Source: a virus
Lineage: Duplodnaviria; Caudoviricetes
Reading direction: 5' to 3' (one strand)
DNA length: 32,379 nt
IMG/VR virus record: IMGVR_UViG_3300032233_000835
Coordinates: 1 to 32,379 of that record
The notes beneath the pieces are model-generated. The model searched no databases, was not told where the DNA came from, and worked only from the letters and a program-made list of their open reading frames with translations. The stretch's first letter is position 1; each line of letters begins with the position of its first letter. A program made the translations under genes and the position numbers. Shown piece after piece: positions 19,500 through 28,343 of the stretch.

Positions 19500-20585
19500 A
19501 TGGAAAAAAGATTACCTACTTATAAAATCATAGTAAACCCAGATGACAATGAAACTGGTGTTTATGGTATATCTCTTGTAGATCAACCAGCAATAGAAGT
19601 TGATTGGATCAAACTCTCAAAAGAACTTGAAGAGATATTTTTTTCGGCTCAAAAAGATAAGCAAATGTTATTCGGACCTCTTTTGATTCCTGATAAACTA
19701 ATCTTGAGAAGAGCATCTAATGGCGATTTGTATAACATAGTATTTGATAAAGATACTATTCAAACTATTGCTGATAAATACAATGAAACAGGTGATAACA
19801 AAACTTTTAACTTTCAACACTCTGATAGAATAGTTGATGCTGTTTTACTACAAAACTGGATTACAGGTAATGTTGATAAGTCACAAGACTATGGTTATTC
19901 ATTACCAGAAGGAACTTGGTTTGGTGGTGTTAAAGTTAAAGATGAATCATTCTGGATGAACGAGGTTAAATCAGAAAAAGTAAAAGGTTTCTCTATTGAA
20001 ATCAAGGCTGAAACTGAACTAATAAAAATGACTTCCGAAACGGAAGATAAAAACAAAAACATAAAACTTATGGACTACAAAACAAAAGACGGACTAACTC
20101 TTAGATGGGAAGGTGAAGCTGCTGTTGGATCTGAGGTATTTTTAGTTTTGGCTGATGGAACATCTGTTCCTGCTGATAACGGAGAATATGAGTTAGAAGA
20201 TGGAACTAAAATCATTTTAGCTGATGGTAAAGTATCTGAAATCATTGCTGCTGAAGTAGCTAGTGAAGATATGGCTGAAGCTCCTGTAACTGATGCACCT
20301 ACAACAACTAACGGACCTTCTAATGAAGAACTTGTAACTATGTTTGATGAGTTGAGAGGCGTTATCGCTGAACTTTCTTCAAGATTAGATGCATTAGAAA
20401 ATGTTGAACCAACTGCTGAGGAAGAAGCTACTTTATCAAAAGTTAAAGAACTTGAAGAAAAACTTTCTGTTATCTCTGAAAAAGCTGGTGCACCAAGTAT
20501 CAAAGTTAAATCTGACCTTGAAATCAAAAGAGAAGAGAATGAAACTTATATCTTAAATAGATTAAGCTCTTTGAAAAAATGGTAA
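19500..20585 (+). CDS. Prohead protease (XkdF-like) fused to a scaffold-like domain
   Basis: ISLVDQPAIE, GPLLIPD, NFQH, LPEGTWF, KGFSIE; acidic C-terminal half with GEYELEDG and coiled coil; directly precedes the capsid gene. Confidence 0.8.
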   Translation: MEKRLPTYKIIVNPDDNETGVYGISLVDQPAIEVDWIKLSKELEEIFFSAQKDKQMLFGPLLIPDKLILRRASNGDLYNIVFDKDTIQTIADKYNETGDNKTFNFQHSDRIVDAVLLQNWITGNVDKSQDYGYSLPEGTWFGGVKVKDESFWMNEVKSEKVKGFSIEIKAETELIKMTSETEDKNKNIKLMDYKTKDGLTLRWEGEAAVGSEVFLVLADGTSVPADNGEYELEDGTKIILADGKVSEIIAAEVASEDMAEAPVTDAPTTTNGPSNEELVTMFDELRGVIAELSSRLDALENVEPTAEEEATLSKVKELEEKLSVISEKAGAPSIKVKSDLEIKREENETYILNRLSSLKKW

Positions 20586-20588
20586 AAA

Positions 20589-20617
20589 ACAAACAAAAAA
20601 TGATTAAGCTATATTTA
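20589..20617 (+). promoter_or_regulatory. Class I promoter ACAAAC-N15-TATATTTA
   Basis: TATATTTA 20610-20617, upstream of the major capsid gene. Confidence 0.75.
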
Positions 20618-20646
20618 TAGCATAAAAAAACAAAAACAAGAAAAAT

Positions 20647-21561
20647 ATGAAAAATGATTTTAAACTATCTTTTACAGATAACACTATTTTCTACGGAAAA
20701 GACGCTGAGGGTTTCTACGCAAACGCTCTTTTAACTGGGTCATCTAAAAGTTTATTTACTTTGATTCCTAATGTTAAATCAAAAGTTAAGTTAGCACAAC
20801 TTAACATTGGTAATATTTTACAAGCTGCTGATTGTAGTTTCTCTAACACAGGAGAAGGAACTTTAGCTCAAAAAACTTTTGAAGTTGAACCAATCAAAAT
20901 CAACTTATCTTATTGTAAGAGAACTTTTGAAACTAACTACTTATCTCAACTTTTGAGACCAGGATCTAACAACGCTGAGGTTATGCCTCCATCAGTTGAA
21001 GCATTCTTATTGAACGAAGTTTCTAACAAAGTATCTGCTGATTTAGAGCAGTTAGTATGGAAAGGTAACACAGCTACAGCTTCTTACCCATTATCATTAG
21101 CTGATGGTTTAGAAAAACAACTTTTAGCTGACGGTGCTGTTATTGATGTTGCTTCTACAACTTTATCTGCTGCTAACATTATCGCACAAATCTCTTTAGT
21201 TTACAACGCTATTCCAGCTCAAATCTTAGATGAGGTTGTTATTATGATCGGTTCTGCTGGTTACAGATTCTACAGACAAGCATTGGCTAACGCATCTGCT
21301 GAGGCTTACTACATGCAAGACCACTCTGAGTTAAGATTCTTAGGAGTTAAAGTTATTGAGGCTAAAGGTATGAGTGCTAACAGAATGGTAGCTGCTAGAT
21401 TATCTAACTTACTTTTATTGACTGACTTAATGTCTGACTTTGAAGCTGTTAAAATCTTACCACAAGCTGATGTAACTGGTGAACCAACGGTTAGAATGAC
21501 TGCTGAGTTCAAGTTTGCAGTAGGTTATGTATACGGTTCTGAGATTGTATACTACAACTAA
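20647..21561 (+). CDS. Major capsid protein
   Basis: 304 aa after the protease/scaffold; DLEQLVWKG (HK97-fold spine-helix end-like); strong GCT/TTA/AAC codon bias of a highly expressed gene. Confidence 0.85.
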   Translation: MKNDFKLSFTDNTIFYGKDAEGFYANALLTGSSKSLFTLIPNVKSKVKLAQLNIGNILQAADCSFSNTGEGTLAQKTFEVEPIKINLSYCKRTFETNYLSQLLRPGSNNAEVMPPSVEAFLLNEVSNKVSADLEQLVWKGNTATASYPLSLADGLEKQLLADGAVIDVASTTLSAANIIAQISLVYNAIPAQILDEVVIMIGSAGYRFYRQALANASAEAYYMQDHSELRFLGVKVIEAKGMSANRMVAARLSNLLLLTDLMSDFEAVKILPQADVTGEPTVRMTAEFKFAVGYVYGSEIVYYN

Positions 21562-21577
21562 GATTAAACAAACAATA

Positions 21578-21600
21578 AAAGGGGTCATTTGACCCCTTTA
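21578..21600 (+). terminator. Intrinsic terminator-like hairpin with a short U-tract
   Basis: AAAGGGGTC-ATTT-GACCCCTTT after the capsid stop. Confidence 0.65.
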
Positions 21601-21623
21601 TATAAAAATAAAAACTAAATAAA

Positions 21624-22169
21624 ATGGCTATATGTAACGCTTTAACAGCAGGATTATCTAAATCTTGTGAGACAAACTCAGGAGGTGTGAACAAAATCTA
21701 TATTACTGATTTTGAGAACATAACTGCATTTACACTGGGAACTGCTTCATCTCCACAAGTTGGACAATGGGTAGAAACTATTACACTTGCTGGAACTACT
21801 AAGTTCTATGAGTTCCAAACTAACAAAAATGTTTGTAACTTCCAAGAAACGGTTGCTATTGATATGGTGGCTGGAACTACTTTCTTCAACCAAGTATTTA
21901 CTTTGGTATTAAACAGAAGAGAAACAACTAAAAGAAACGCGATTGAAAAACTTATCGCTGGTCAAAAACAACTTGCATTGATTGTTTTAGATTCTAACGG
22001 TAACTACTGGTTATCTGGAGCATCTGAAGGTTCTTATGTAACTGCTATTGATGGTGGAACTGGAACAGCTAAGGCTGACGCTAATGGTTACACAATCACA
22101 TTCACAGCAATGGAACCATTACAAGCTTGGGGTGTTAAACCTTCTATTGTATCTGCTCTTGTAGCATAA
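21624..22169 (+). CDS. Putative major tail tube protein, copy 1
   Basis: 181 aa, beta-rich, follows the capsid gene, high-expression codons; no other tube candidate in the genome. Confidence 0.55.
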   Translation: MAICNALTAGLSKSCETNSGGVNKIYITDFENITAFTLGTASSPQVGQWVETITLAGTTKFYEFQTNKNVCNFQETVAIDMVAGTTFFNQVFTLVLNRRETTKRNAIEKLIAGQKQLALIVLDSNGNYWLSGASEGSYVTAIDGGTGTAKADANGYTITFTAMEPLQAWGVKPSIVSALVA

Positions 22170-22194
22170 TGAATATGTAAATGAATATTAAGAG

Positions 22195-22230
22195 AAACCC
22201 ACCACCAATATACGGTGTGTGGGTTTTTTT
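22195..22230 (+). terminator. Intrinsic terminator between the two paralogs
   Basis: AAACCCAC-CACC loop GGTG-T-GTGGG followed by T7. Confidence 0.8.
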
Positions 22231-22251
22231 ATACAAAATAAATAAAACAAA

Positions 22252-23028
22252 ATGGCAATATGCAATGCACTAACCACTGGTTTGTCTAAATCTTGTGATA
22301 CAAACTCAGGTGGTGTAAATAAAATATGGGTCGGAGATTTTGAGCATTTGGAAAGAGCAAGTATAACTATTACTTCTAATGAAGTGTCTAGCTTTCTAAA
22401 ACTTGTATCAAGTTCGGTTGACCTTCAAGACAATGGTTCTGGTTATCTTCAAGATCTTAGAATAACAGGAGATTTAACATCTTCATTGAAAGCAGGCGAT
22501 ACTATAAGATATTCCTACACAATAGGAACAACTCAGTATCAAATCGCTTATATCAGCACAATAACATACAACTCTGGCTTGAACAAAACTATTATAGTTC
22601 CTACTACACTTGTTCCTATAGCAGCAGGTCAAAGTGGTAAAAGTTTATGGCTTATTCCTCTTTTCTTTCCTATAAGCACGAATAAGAATGTTTGTAACTT
22701 CCAAGAGACGGTTGCTATTGATATGGTTGCTGGAACTACATTCTTTAACCAAGTTCTAACACTTGTTCTTTCAAGAAGAGAAACAACTAAAAGAAACTTT
22801 ATTGAAAAACTTGTTGCAGGTCAAAAACAACTAGCTGTTCTTTTACTTGACTCTAACGGAGTTTATTGGTTATCTGGAGCATCTGAAGGTTCTTATGTAA
22901 CTGCTATTGATGGTGGAACAGGAACTGCTAAAGCAGACGCAAATGGTTATACTATTACTTTCACAGCAATGGAACCATCACAAGCTTGGGAAGTAGACCC
23001 AACAGCACTTCCTCCTATTGGAATATAA
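22252..23028 (+). CDS. Paralog of 21624-22169 with a net 77-aa internal insertion
   Basis: N-terminal 31 aa and C-terminal ~105 aa are near-identical to copy 1; a 111-aa segment replaces a 34-aa segment. Confidence 0.85.
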   Translation: MAICNALTTGLSKSCDTNSGGVNKIWVGDFEHLERASITITSNEVSSFLKLVSSSVDLQDNGSGYLQDLRITGDLTSSLKAGDTIRYSYTIGTTQYQIAYISTITYNSGLNKTIIVPTTLVPIAAGQSGKSLWLIPLFFPISTNKNVCNFQETVAIDMVAGTTFFNQVLTLVLSRRETTKRNFIEKLVAGQKQLAVLLLDSNGVYWLSGASEGSYVTAIDGGTGTAKADANGYTITFTAMEPSQAWEVDPTALPPIGI

Positions 23029-23050
23029 TATGTAGATGAATATGAATATG

Positions 23051-23075
23051 AAACCCACTTTGAGTGGGTTTTTTT
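23051..23075 (+). terminator. Intrinsic terminator
   Basis: AAACCCACT-TTG-AGTGGG followed by T7. Confidence 0.85.
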
Positions 23076-23083
23076 ATGAATAT

Positions 23084-23112
23084 AAAAACGGAAAAGTAGT
23101 AAGATATATTTA
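23084..23112 (+). promoter_or_regulatory. Class I promoter AAAAAC-N15-TATATTTA
   Basis: Sits just after a terminator and before the portal gene, where a new promoter is needed. Confidence 0.8.
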
Positions 23113-23134
23113 TGATATAAAATAAAAACAAAAT

Positions 23135-24292
23135 ATGAAGATTTTTGGTTATAACCTAAGCAAACAAACTCCTGATGTTTCACAACCTGAAACAATAAAC
23201 TACAACCCTGACGGAGTAGAGGGGTTCTCCTTATCTCAATGGACTGACTTACCAACAATAAAAGAAGATAGAGCACATGAATATGTTAAATATGGTAGAG
23301 ATAATATGTATCCAGCATATTTAAAAGATATGTTCAACTCTTCTCCTACACACCAAGCTATTGTAAAAACAAAAGCACAAATGATGGCTGGTGATGGCTA
23401 CACGGTTGAATGGGACCACTTAAATGAAGCTCAAAAAATAAATGCCTTGAAGATCATTGATGATATAGTAAGAGACCTTGCTGATACTTCATTAGATTTC
23501 CAACTTTATGGGGCTTATGTATATGAAATCATTTGGAGTTTAGACTTCACAAAGATTGTAGAAGTAAATAGATTAGACCCATCTACTATTAGATCAGGTA
23601 AGTTTGAAGAAGGTTCTGTTGAAGAATACTACTATTCAAGAGATTGGGCTTCTCATAGACCAGAGATTATTGAAGTTCCTTCTTTAGATCCATCAAACAA
23701 AGAAGACCATAGACAAATACTTTATGTTCCAGTTCAAATGGTTTCAAATGAGTATTATGGTGAGCCTTCTTACTTGGCTTCTATGGACTGGATCACATTA
23801 GAGTCACAAACAGGTTTATACTACAGAAGTTTGATTGAAAATGGTTTCAACCCTTCAGTTGTTATTAAGTTTTTCAGAAAACCAGGTTCATTAGATGAAA
23901 GAAGTGCTATTGTAGACGGACTCAAAAGAAGTTTTGGTGGTGTTAAAAACACAGGTAAAGCAGTTGTTCTTTTCTCTGATGGTAAAGAGTTGGCACCTGA
24001 AATAACACCTATTGATGTTGCTTCTATTGATAAGCAGTTTACGGTGATCGCAGAACAAATAACCGAAAAGATACTTACTGGTTCAAGAGTAACAACACCT
24101 GAAATGTTTGGTATCGCTATACCAGGACAACTTGGAACTGGTGACTTCGCTATGAAGGTTCAAGCATTTGAAAGATTTGTTATTAGACCTGACCAAATGA
24201 ACCTTGAAAGAACAATAAACAGAATACTATCTTTAAATGGATTTGATATCAAGTTCCAGTTGAATAGATTAAAAATAAACCCTACTGCATAA
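23135..24292 (+). CDS. Portal protein
   Basis: 385 aa; YGRDNMYP, SPTHQAIVKTK, YYGEPSY, ENGFNPS and FGGVKNTGK match the phage portal pattern. Confidence 0.85.
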   Translation: MKIFGYNLSKQTPDVSQPETINYNPDGVEGFSLSQWTDLPTIKEDRAHEYVKYGRDNMYPAYLKDMFNSSPTHQAIVKTKAQMMAGDGYTVEWDHLNEAQKINALKIIDDIVRDLADTSLDFQLYGAYVYEIIWSLDFTKIVEVNRLDPSTIRSGKFEEGSVEEYYYSRDWASHRPEIIEVPSLDPSNKEDHRQILYVPVQMVSNEYYGEPSYLASMDWITLESQTGLYYRSLIENGFNPSVVIKFFRKPGSLDERSAIVDGLKRSFGGVKNTGKAVVLFSDGKELAPEITPIDVASIDKQFTVIAEQITEKILTGSRVTTPEMFGIAIPGQLGTGDFAMKVQAFERFVIRPDQMNLERTINRILSLNGFDIKFQLNRLKINPTA

Positions 24293-24855
24293 TGACTACT
24301 TACTCTTGGATCAACCAAGCCTATTTAAAGGCACAGACACCGTTAAACAACAACATAGATATGTTAGAGTTAGTATCTCATGTTGAAACAGCTCAACTTC
24401 TTTACACAAGAGAGATCTTGGGAGAACTGCTTTATAATGATTTAACATCTAAAATACAAAGCAATACTTTGAACACAAAAGAAACTAATCTTGTAGATTT
24501 CTTGAAACAAGGTATTGCAAACAGAGCAGCAGAACTTGCTATTCCATTCCTATCATTGAAAATAAGAAACAAAGGAACGGTAAGATTACAAGATGAAACA
24601 GCTCAACAATCTTCATTGGAAGATATGAAGTATTTAAGACATGAGTTAAAGAATAGAGCCGAAGCTTTTGAGGAAATGGCTAAAAACTATTTAAACAAAT
24701 GGTCTGCTGACTTTCCTTTGTGGTTAGAAACAACCGATATTACTATCTACCCTAACTTTGATTCATCATTTGATTCAGATATTTATTTAGATAACCCTTG
24801 TATTGATTGCAATCAAAGAATGAGTTATGGAAAAAATCAAAACCCAAACCCTTAA
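24292..24855 (+). CDS. Putative head-tail adaptor
   Basis: Helical 187 aa coupled to the portal by TAATG; ILGELLYNDL motif. Confidence 0.55.
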   Translation: MTTYSWINQAYLKAQTPLNNNIDMLELVSHVETAQLLYTREILGELLYNDLTSKIQSNTLNTKETNLVDFLKQGIANRAAELAIPFLSLKIRNKGTVRLQDETAQQSSLEDMKYLRHELKNRAEAFEEMAKNYLNKWSADFPLWLETTDITIYPNFDSSFDSDIYLDNPCIDCNQRMSYGKNQNPNP

Positions 24856-24857
24856 AT

Positions 24858-25250
24858 ATGATAATCTTAAAAGAAGGTTGTAATCAACCAGTATTTACTT
24901 TTACCGAAAGAATAGAAACTCCTTATTCAAATCAGTATTTTTTGTGGAAGATAAACAATGCCTTGACCGATGAGGAAATATTGTTTACTAATCAGTTTGA
25001 TACATCTGCAAACCCTGAAAGATTTAATAGTTTTCAAATATGTGTATTCACAACTAATGTTCAACCAGATCTAAACAACTCAGTATTGGTGTTTACACAA
25101 AGTGGGCAAGGTGGTTATGGAGCGGATACTTTATCTCAATGGACTTATGATGCTTATGTTTGTGAAGGACCAATGCCAACTTCTGGAACACCATCTTTTC
25201 CAGCAACATTTTCTTTTGTAGAAAGTGGAAGAATAATAATGGACTTATAA
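24858..25250 (+). CDS. Putative head-closure/structural protein (likely start 24858 rather than 24807)
   Basis: In-frame ATG 2 nt after the upstream stop avoids a 49-nt overlap; beta-rich, ends VESGRIIM. Confidence 0.55.
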   Translation: MIILKEGCNQPVFTFTERIETPYSNQYFLWKINNALTDEEILFTNQFDTSANPERFNSFQICVFTTNVQPDLNNSVLVFTQSGQGGYGADTLSQWTYDAYVCEGPMPTSGTPSFPATFSFVESGRIIMDL

Positions 25251-25750
25251 TGTGTATACCTAACTTAAAGAACATAAAAAGCTCTCTTAAAAAAGAGAAT
25301 AAAGAAATAGAGTTGGCTCGTCAGGTAAAACTGATCAGAGAGTTAGGTGAACCTGCTGAAAAGTTTAGAATCATTGACGAGATGCCAATGACTCCTACTT
25401 TGATAAATGACTTTCAACTTGCCATTAAAACAGGTGTTCCTGGTAGACCACCAAAGGCTAAAGCAACTACAAGACCTACTCTTGGTGATAAGTATGAAAT
25501 AAGATGGAGATATGATCTTAGAAGTGATGTAGAAGGTCCAAAGAAACTACCTGGTGGTAGAACTCGCCAGTTTTGCACCGAACTAATAGACGCTAATAGA
25601 TACTATTCAAGAGAAGATATAAACACAATGTCCAATGGTTTTGGTTTATCTGTGTTTGAGTTTGCTGGTGGTTATTGGACACAGCCTGACGGTTCGGTTT
25701 CTCCACAATGTAGACATCAATGGCTAATGGTATTTGTAGAAAAAAAATAA
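25250..25750 (+). CDS. Head-morphogenesis (MuF/gp7 C-terminal-like) Cys/His domain protein
   Basis: TRQFC...GGYW...CRHQW motif; coupled by TAATG. Confidence 0.5.
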   Translation: MCIPNLKNIKSSLKKENKEIELARQVKLIRELGEPAEKFRIIDEMPMTPTLINDFQLAIKTGVPGRPPKAKATTRPTLGDKYEIRWRYDLRSDVEGPKKLPGGRTRQFCTELIDANRYYSREDINTMSNGFGLSVFEFAGGYWTQPDGSVSPQCRHQWLMVFVEKK

Positions 25751-25760
25751 ACTAACTTCA

Positions 25761-26186
25761 ATGAACTTATTAAAACCTATTCTATTCTCTATACTTACAT
25801 TCTTTGTTCCGATACAAGGATTACTACTTTTACTTATTTTTATGGTGTCTCTTGATACTTTGACGGCAATCTATGTATCTGTTAGGCTAAAGGGTATAAA
25901 GTCTTTTAGATCGGCTCTATTGAGAAAAGGAATGACTGCCAAAATATTTCTTTACTTGGGTTCTGTAATGTTGGCTTATATGATTGATATTCATGTTTTA
26001 GGTGGTTCAACGTTTGGCATATCTCATCTACTATCAAAAGGCTTGGCTTCTATATGGACTTATGCTGAGATTAAAAGTATGGATGAGAATAGTATGAAGA
26101 TCGGTAACAGGTCATTCTTTGTTATTGTAAAAGAGTTTTTCAAGAAAATAACAGGTTACAGCAAAGATATTAAGGATATTCTTTAA
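25761..26186 (+). CDS. Holin
   Basis: 141 aa, three hydrophobic segments, D-T-x-T and EIKSMDEN motifs, basic C-terminus. Confidence 0.75.
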   Translation: MNLLKPILFSILTFFVPIQGLLLLLIFMVSLDTLTAIYVSVRLKGIKSFRSALLRKGMTAKIFLYLGSVMLAYMIDIHVLGGSTFGISHLLSKGLASIWTYAEIKSMDENSMKIGNRSFFVIVKEFFKKITGYSKDIKDIL

Positions 26187-26216
26187 ATAGGACTCATGAT
26201 TCATAATATATAAAGT

Positions 26217-26858
26217 ATGAAAAATGGTGTTAAACAAGGAACAATAAGAGGTAACTACAACAAATATACCGATCAGGAGATTATTGATGTTATTTCCAAA
26301 TATGAAACAATAAAAGATTTAAGAGCAAGTGAAGACATATCATTCTATTCTCTTGCTCTTAGAAGAGGTTTAAGAGATCATCTTCCAGTTAAAAGGACTA
26401 AGGCTATGAACATAGTCGGAAGTGCGTTAGAGAAGAAGTTAGCTAAACAAAAAAAGAAGGAAGAATCTAATATTCCTAAGGTTAAAAAGAAGCCAGGTAG
26501 ACCAAGAAAGGAAAAGCCACAAAAGGTAGTTGATAATAGTAAAGTAAAATCCATTCAACTATACAAATCTCACATTGTTGATGGTGTAAAGATATGTGGT
26601 AGATGCTTTACCTTTGAAACAAAGACGGCTAAATCCACTTTGTGTAAAGATTGCAACAAGATTTATACAAGAAAACACGCCTATGAACAGGATCATACTC
26701 CGTGGAATGTAAAGCAAGACTTTTGCAATACCACAATATATCATTATGAAAAGACATTTGAACTTGGCATTAAAGTTGATGAAAAAGTAGAAAGATATTT
26801 AACTCTTGTAGGTTATGGCTTTCTTTTTCAAGAACCTTGGGAAAATATATGGAAATAA
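26217..26858 (+). CDS. Basic putative DNA-binding protein (AT-hook plus C4 zinc finger)
   Basis: KKKPGRPRK AT-hook, CGRC...CKDC, Lys-rich linker; class II motif at 26187-26212. Confidence 0.6.
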   Translation: MKNGVKQGTIRGNYNKYTDQEIIDVISKYETIKDLRASEDISFYSLALRRGLRDHLPVKRTKAMNIVGSALEKKLAKQKKKEESNIPKVKKKPGRPRKEKPQKVVDNSKVKSIQLYKSHIVDGVKICGRCFTFETKTAKSTLCKDCNKIYTRKHAYEQDHTPWNVKQDFCNTTIYHYEKTFELGIKVDEKVERYLTLVGYGFLFQEPWENIWK

Positions 26859-26931
26859 CTCATATCATTCTTATTGTGAGTGGGCGTTTCGTTTGGGGAC
26901 TACACTACTCACGGTAAGAGTTGGTGATGAG
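26859..26931 (+). other. Long G-U-containing hairpin in the largest intergenic region (RNA or ssDNA structure)
   Basis: 26869-26883 pairs with 26905-26919 (15 bp, 3 G-U), with inner and outer extensions. Confidence 0.6.
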
Positions 26932-26997
26932 GTGGTGGGTAGTTAAGAAGTTAAGAAAAAAACAAATATAATAATAATAATATATCAGAATACCCAT

Positions 26998-27105
26998 ATA
27001 CTATTTGTTTACACTTTTTGCATAAACCTTGATTTTATAATACTATTTGTATACACTTTTTAACTTTTTTACATTAAATATCAAAAAGTTACATAAAAGT
27101 GTAAA
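26998..27105. repeat. Iteron-like direct and inverted repeats (putative origin or operator)
   Basis: ATACTATTTGTWTACACTTTTT at 26998 and 27040 (21/22 identical, 42-nt period); inverted core AAAAGTGTAAA at 27095-27105; TAACTTTTT/AAAAAGTTA at 27061/27083. Confidence 0.65.
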
Positions 27106-27152
27106 GGGAAGAAAGATTATTTTATATATACAATATAAAATAACCAAATAAC

Positions 27153-28343
27153 ATGATAGAGGTAATACCATTTAACAAAACAATCTTTGATAGTTTCTCA
27201 GTAGAAACAAAAAAGCTTACAAGATATGTTTATATAAACAACATAGATCTTATATCAAAACTATTATCAAAAGAACTACCTATCTTAAACAAGAAAATAG
27301 CATTGAGAAATATACTTGACTTCTTAACTTACATAGATATAAAAATAAACCAAAATGATAAAACTATAATACCTATCAGTTCAGAGATACTTATATCTTT
27401 TTTTAACAGAAATAAATATAAAGAGTATATGAATATACTAAGTGAGTTAGATATCATAACAAGAGTTCCATATCAAGATGGAACATTCTATGTAAAAGGA
27501 AATCTAAACTGCCAATATAGAATACACAATGAATATTTAACAGAAGAAGATTTGGCTATTATAGTTCTTGAAGATGATAGATCAAAAGATTCATTTGTAA
27601 ATGAAGTTGAAGGCTTAGATAAAAGATATATTGATACAATAAAAAAACTAAACATAAATATACAATCAGCTATAGAGGCAGAGATAAAACACTTTAAAGA
27701 AAATAACTTATCTATAACATCATTGAGAAATAGAATATCAAGAATACTTTATACAAAAAGAAAAAGATTTATTAAAAAAGGACAAAAAGTAGATAGAATA
27801 TATCATTCATTCACAAACCTTAGTAGAGTAGCAAGAAAACACTTTAATATTCCTATGTATGATTTAGATATTGTAAACTGCCAGCCATTACTATTAGTTG
27901 CACTATTAAAACAAAATGGTTTTAGATCTGATTCATCATACCAAGTAGATTGTGAAGCAGGTTGTTTCTATGAAAGATTTTTAGATATAAATAAAACAGA
28001 AGACATAACAACAGAAGATTTAAGAGTAGAAACTAAAAAAGGTCTTTACAAAAATATATTCTTTGGATTCAACACAAATAGTAGATACAACAAAAGATTT
28101 AAAGATCTATACCCACAAACCTGGAACTCATTAGAACTTATATCAAAAAACTGCGAATCATTAGCATCACAACTACAAAATCTTGAAAGTGGACTATTTA
28201 ATAATCTTATACCAAAAAAGAGTAAATACTATTTTACCTTATTTGATGCAATATATTTTGATAACATACTTGATAGGTATGAACTTGAAAACAACATAAA
28301 GGAATACTTTAAAAAATATGATATAAGAGTTGCTATTAAATAG
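27153..28343 (+). CDS. Putative replication protein: wHTH-like N-terminus plus minimal family-A-polymerase/T7-RNAP-like domain
   Basis: DRIYHSFTNL..AR, motif A-like LDIVNCQP, motif B-like RVETKKGLYKNIFFG, LQNLES, motif C-like TLFDAIY; no exonuclease domain. Confidence 0.6.
   Translation: MIEVIPFNKTIFDSFSVETKKLTRYVYINNIDLISKLLSKELPILNKKIALRNILDFLTYIDIKINQNDKTIIPISSEILISFFNRNKYKEYMNILSELDIITRVPYQDGTFYVKGNLNCQYRIHNEYLTEEDLAIIVLEDDRSKDSFVNEVEGLDKRYIDTIKKLNINIQSAIEAEIKHFKENNLSITSLRNRISRILYTKRKRFIKKGQKVDRIYHSFTNLSRVARKHFNIPMYDLDIVNCQPLLLVALLKQNGFRSDSSYQVDCEAGCFYERFLDINKTEDITTEDLRVETKKGLYKNIFFGFNTNSRYNKRFKDLYPQTWNSLELISKNCESLASQLQNLESGLFNNLIPKKSKYYFTLFDAIYFDNILDRYELENNIKEYFKKYDIRVAIK

Noticed and set aside
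21819-22990. Near-identical DNA segments as a diversity-generating retroelement TR/VR pair
   Set aside because: There is no reverse transcriptase, both copies are coding, and differences are not adenine-specific.
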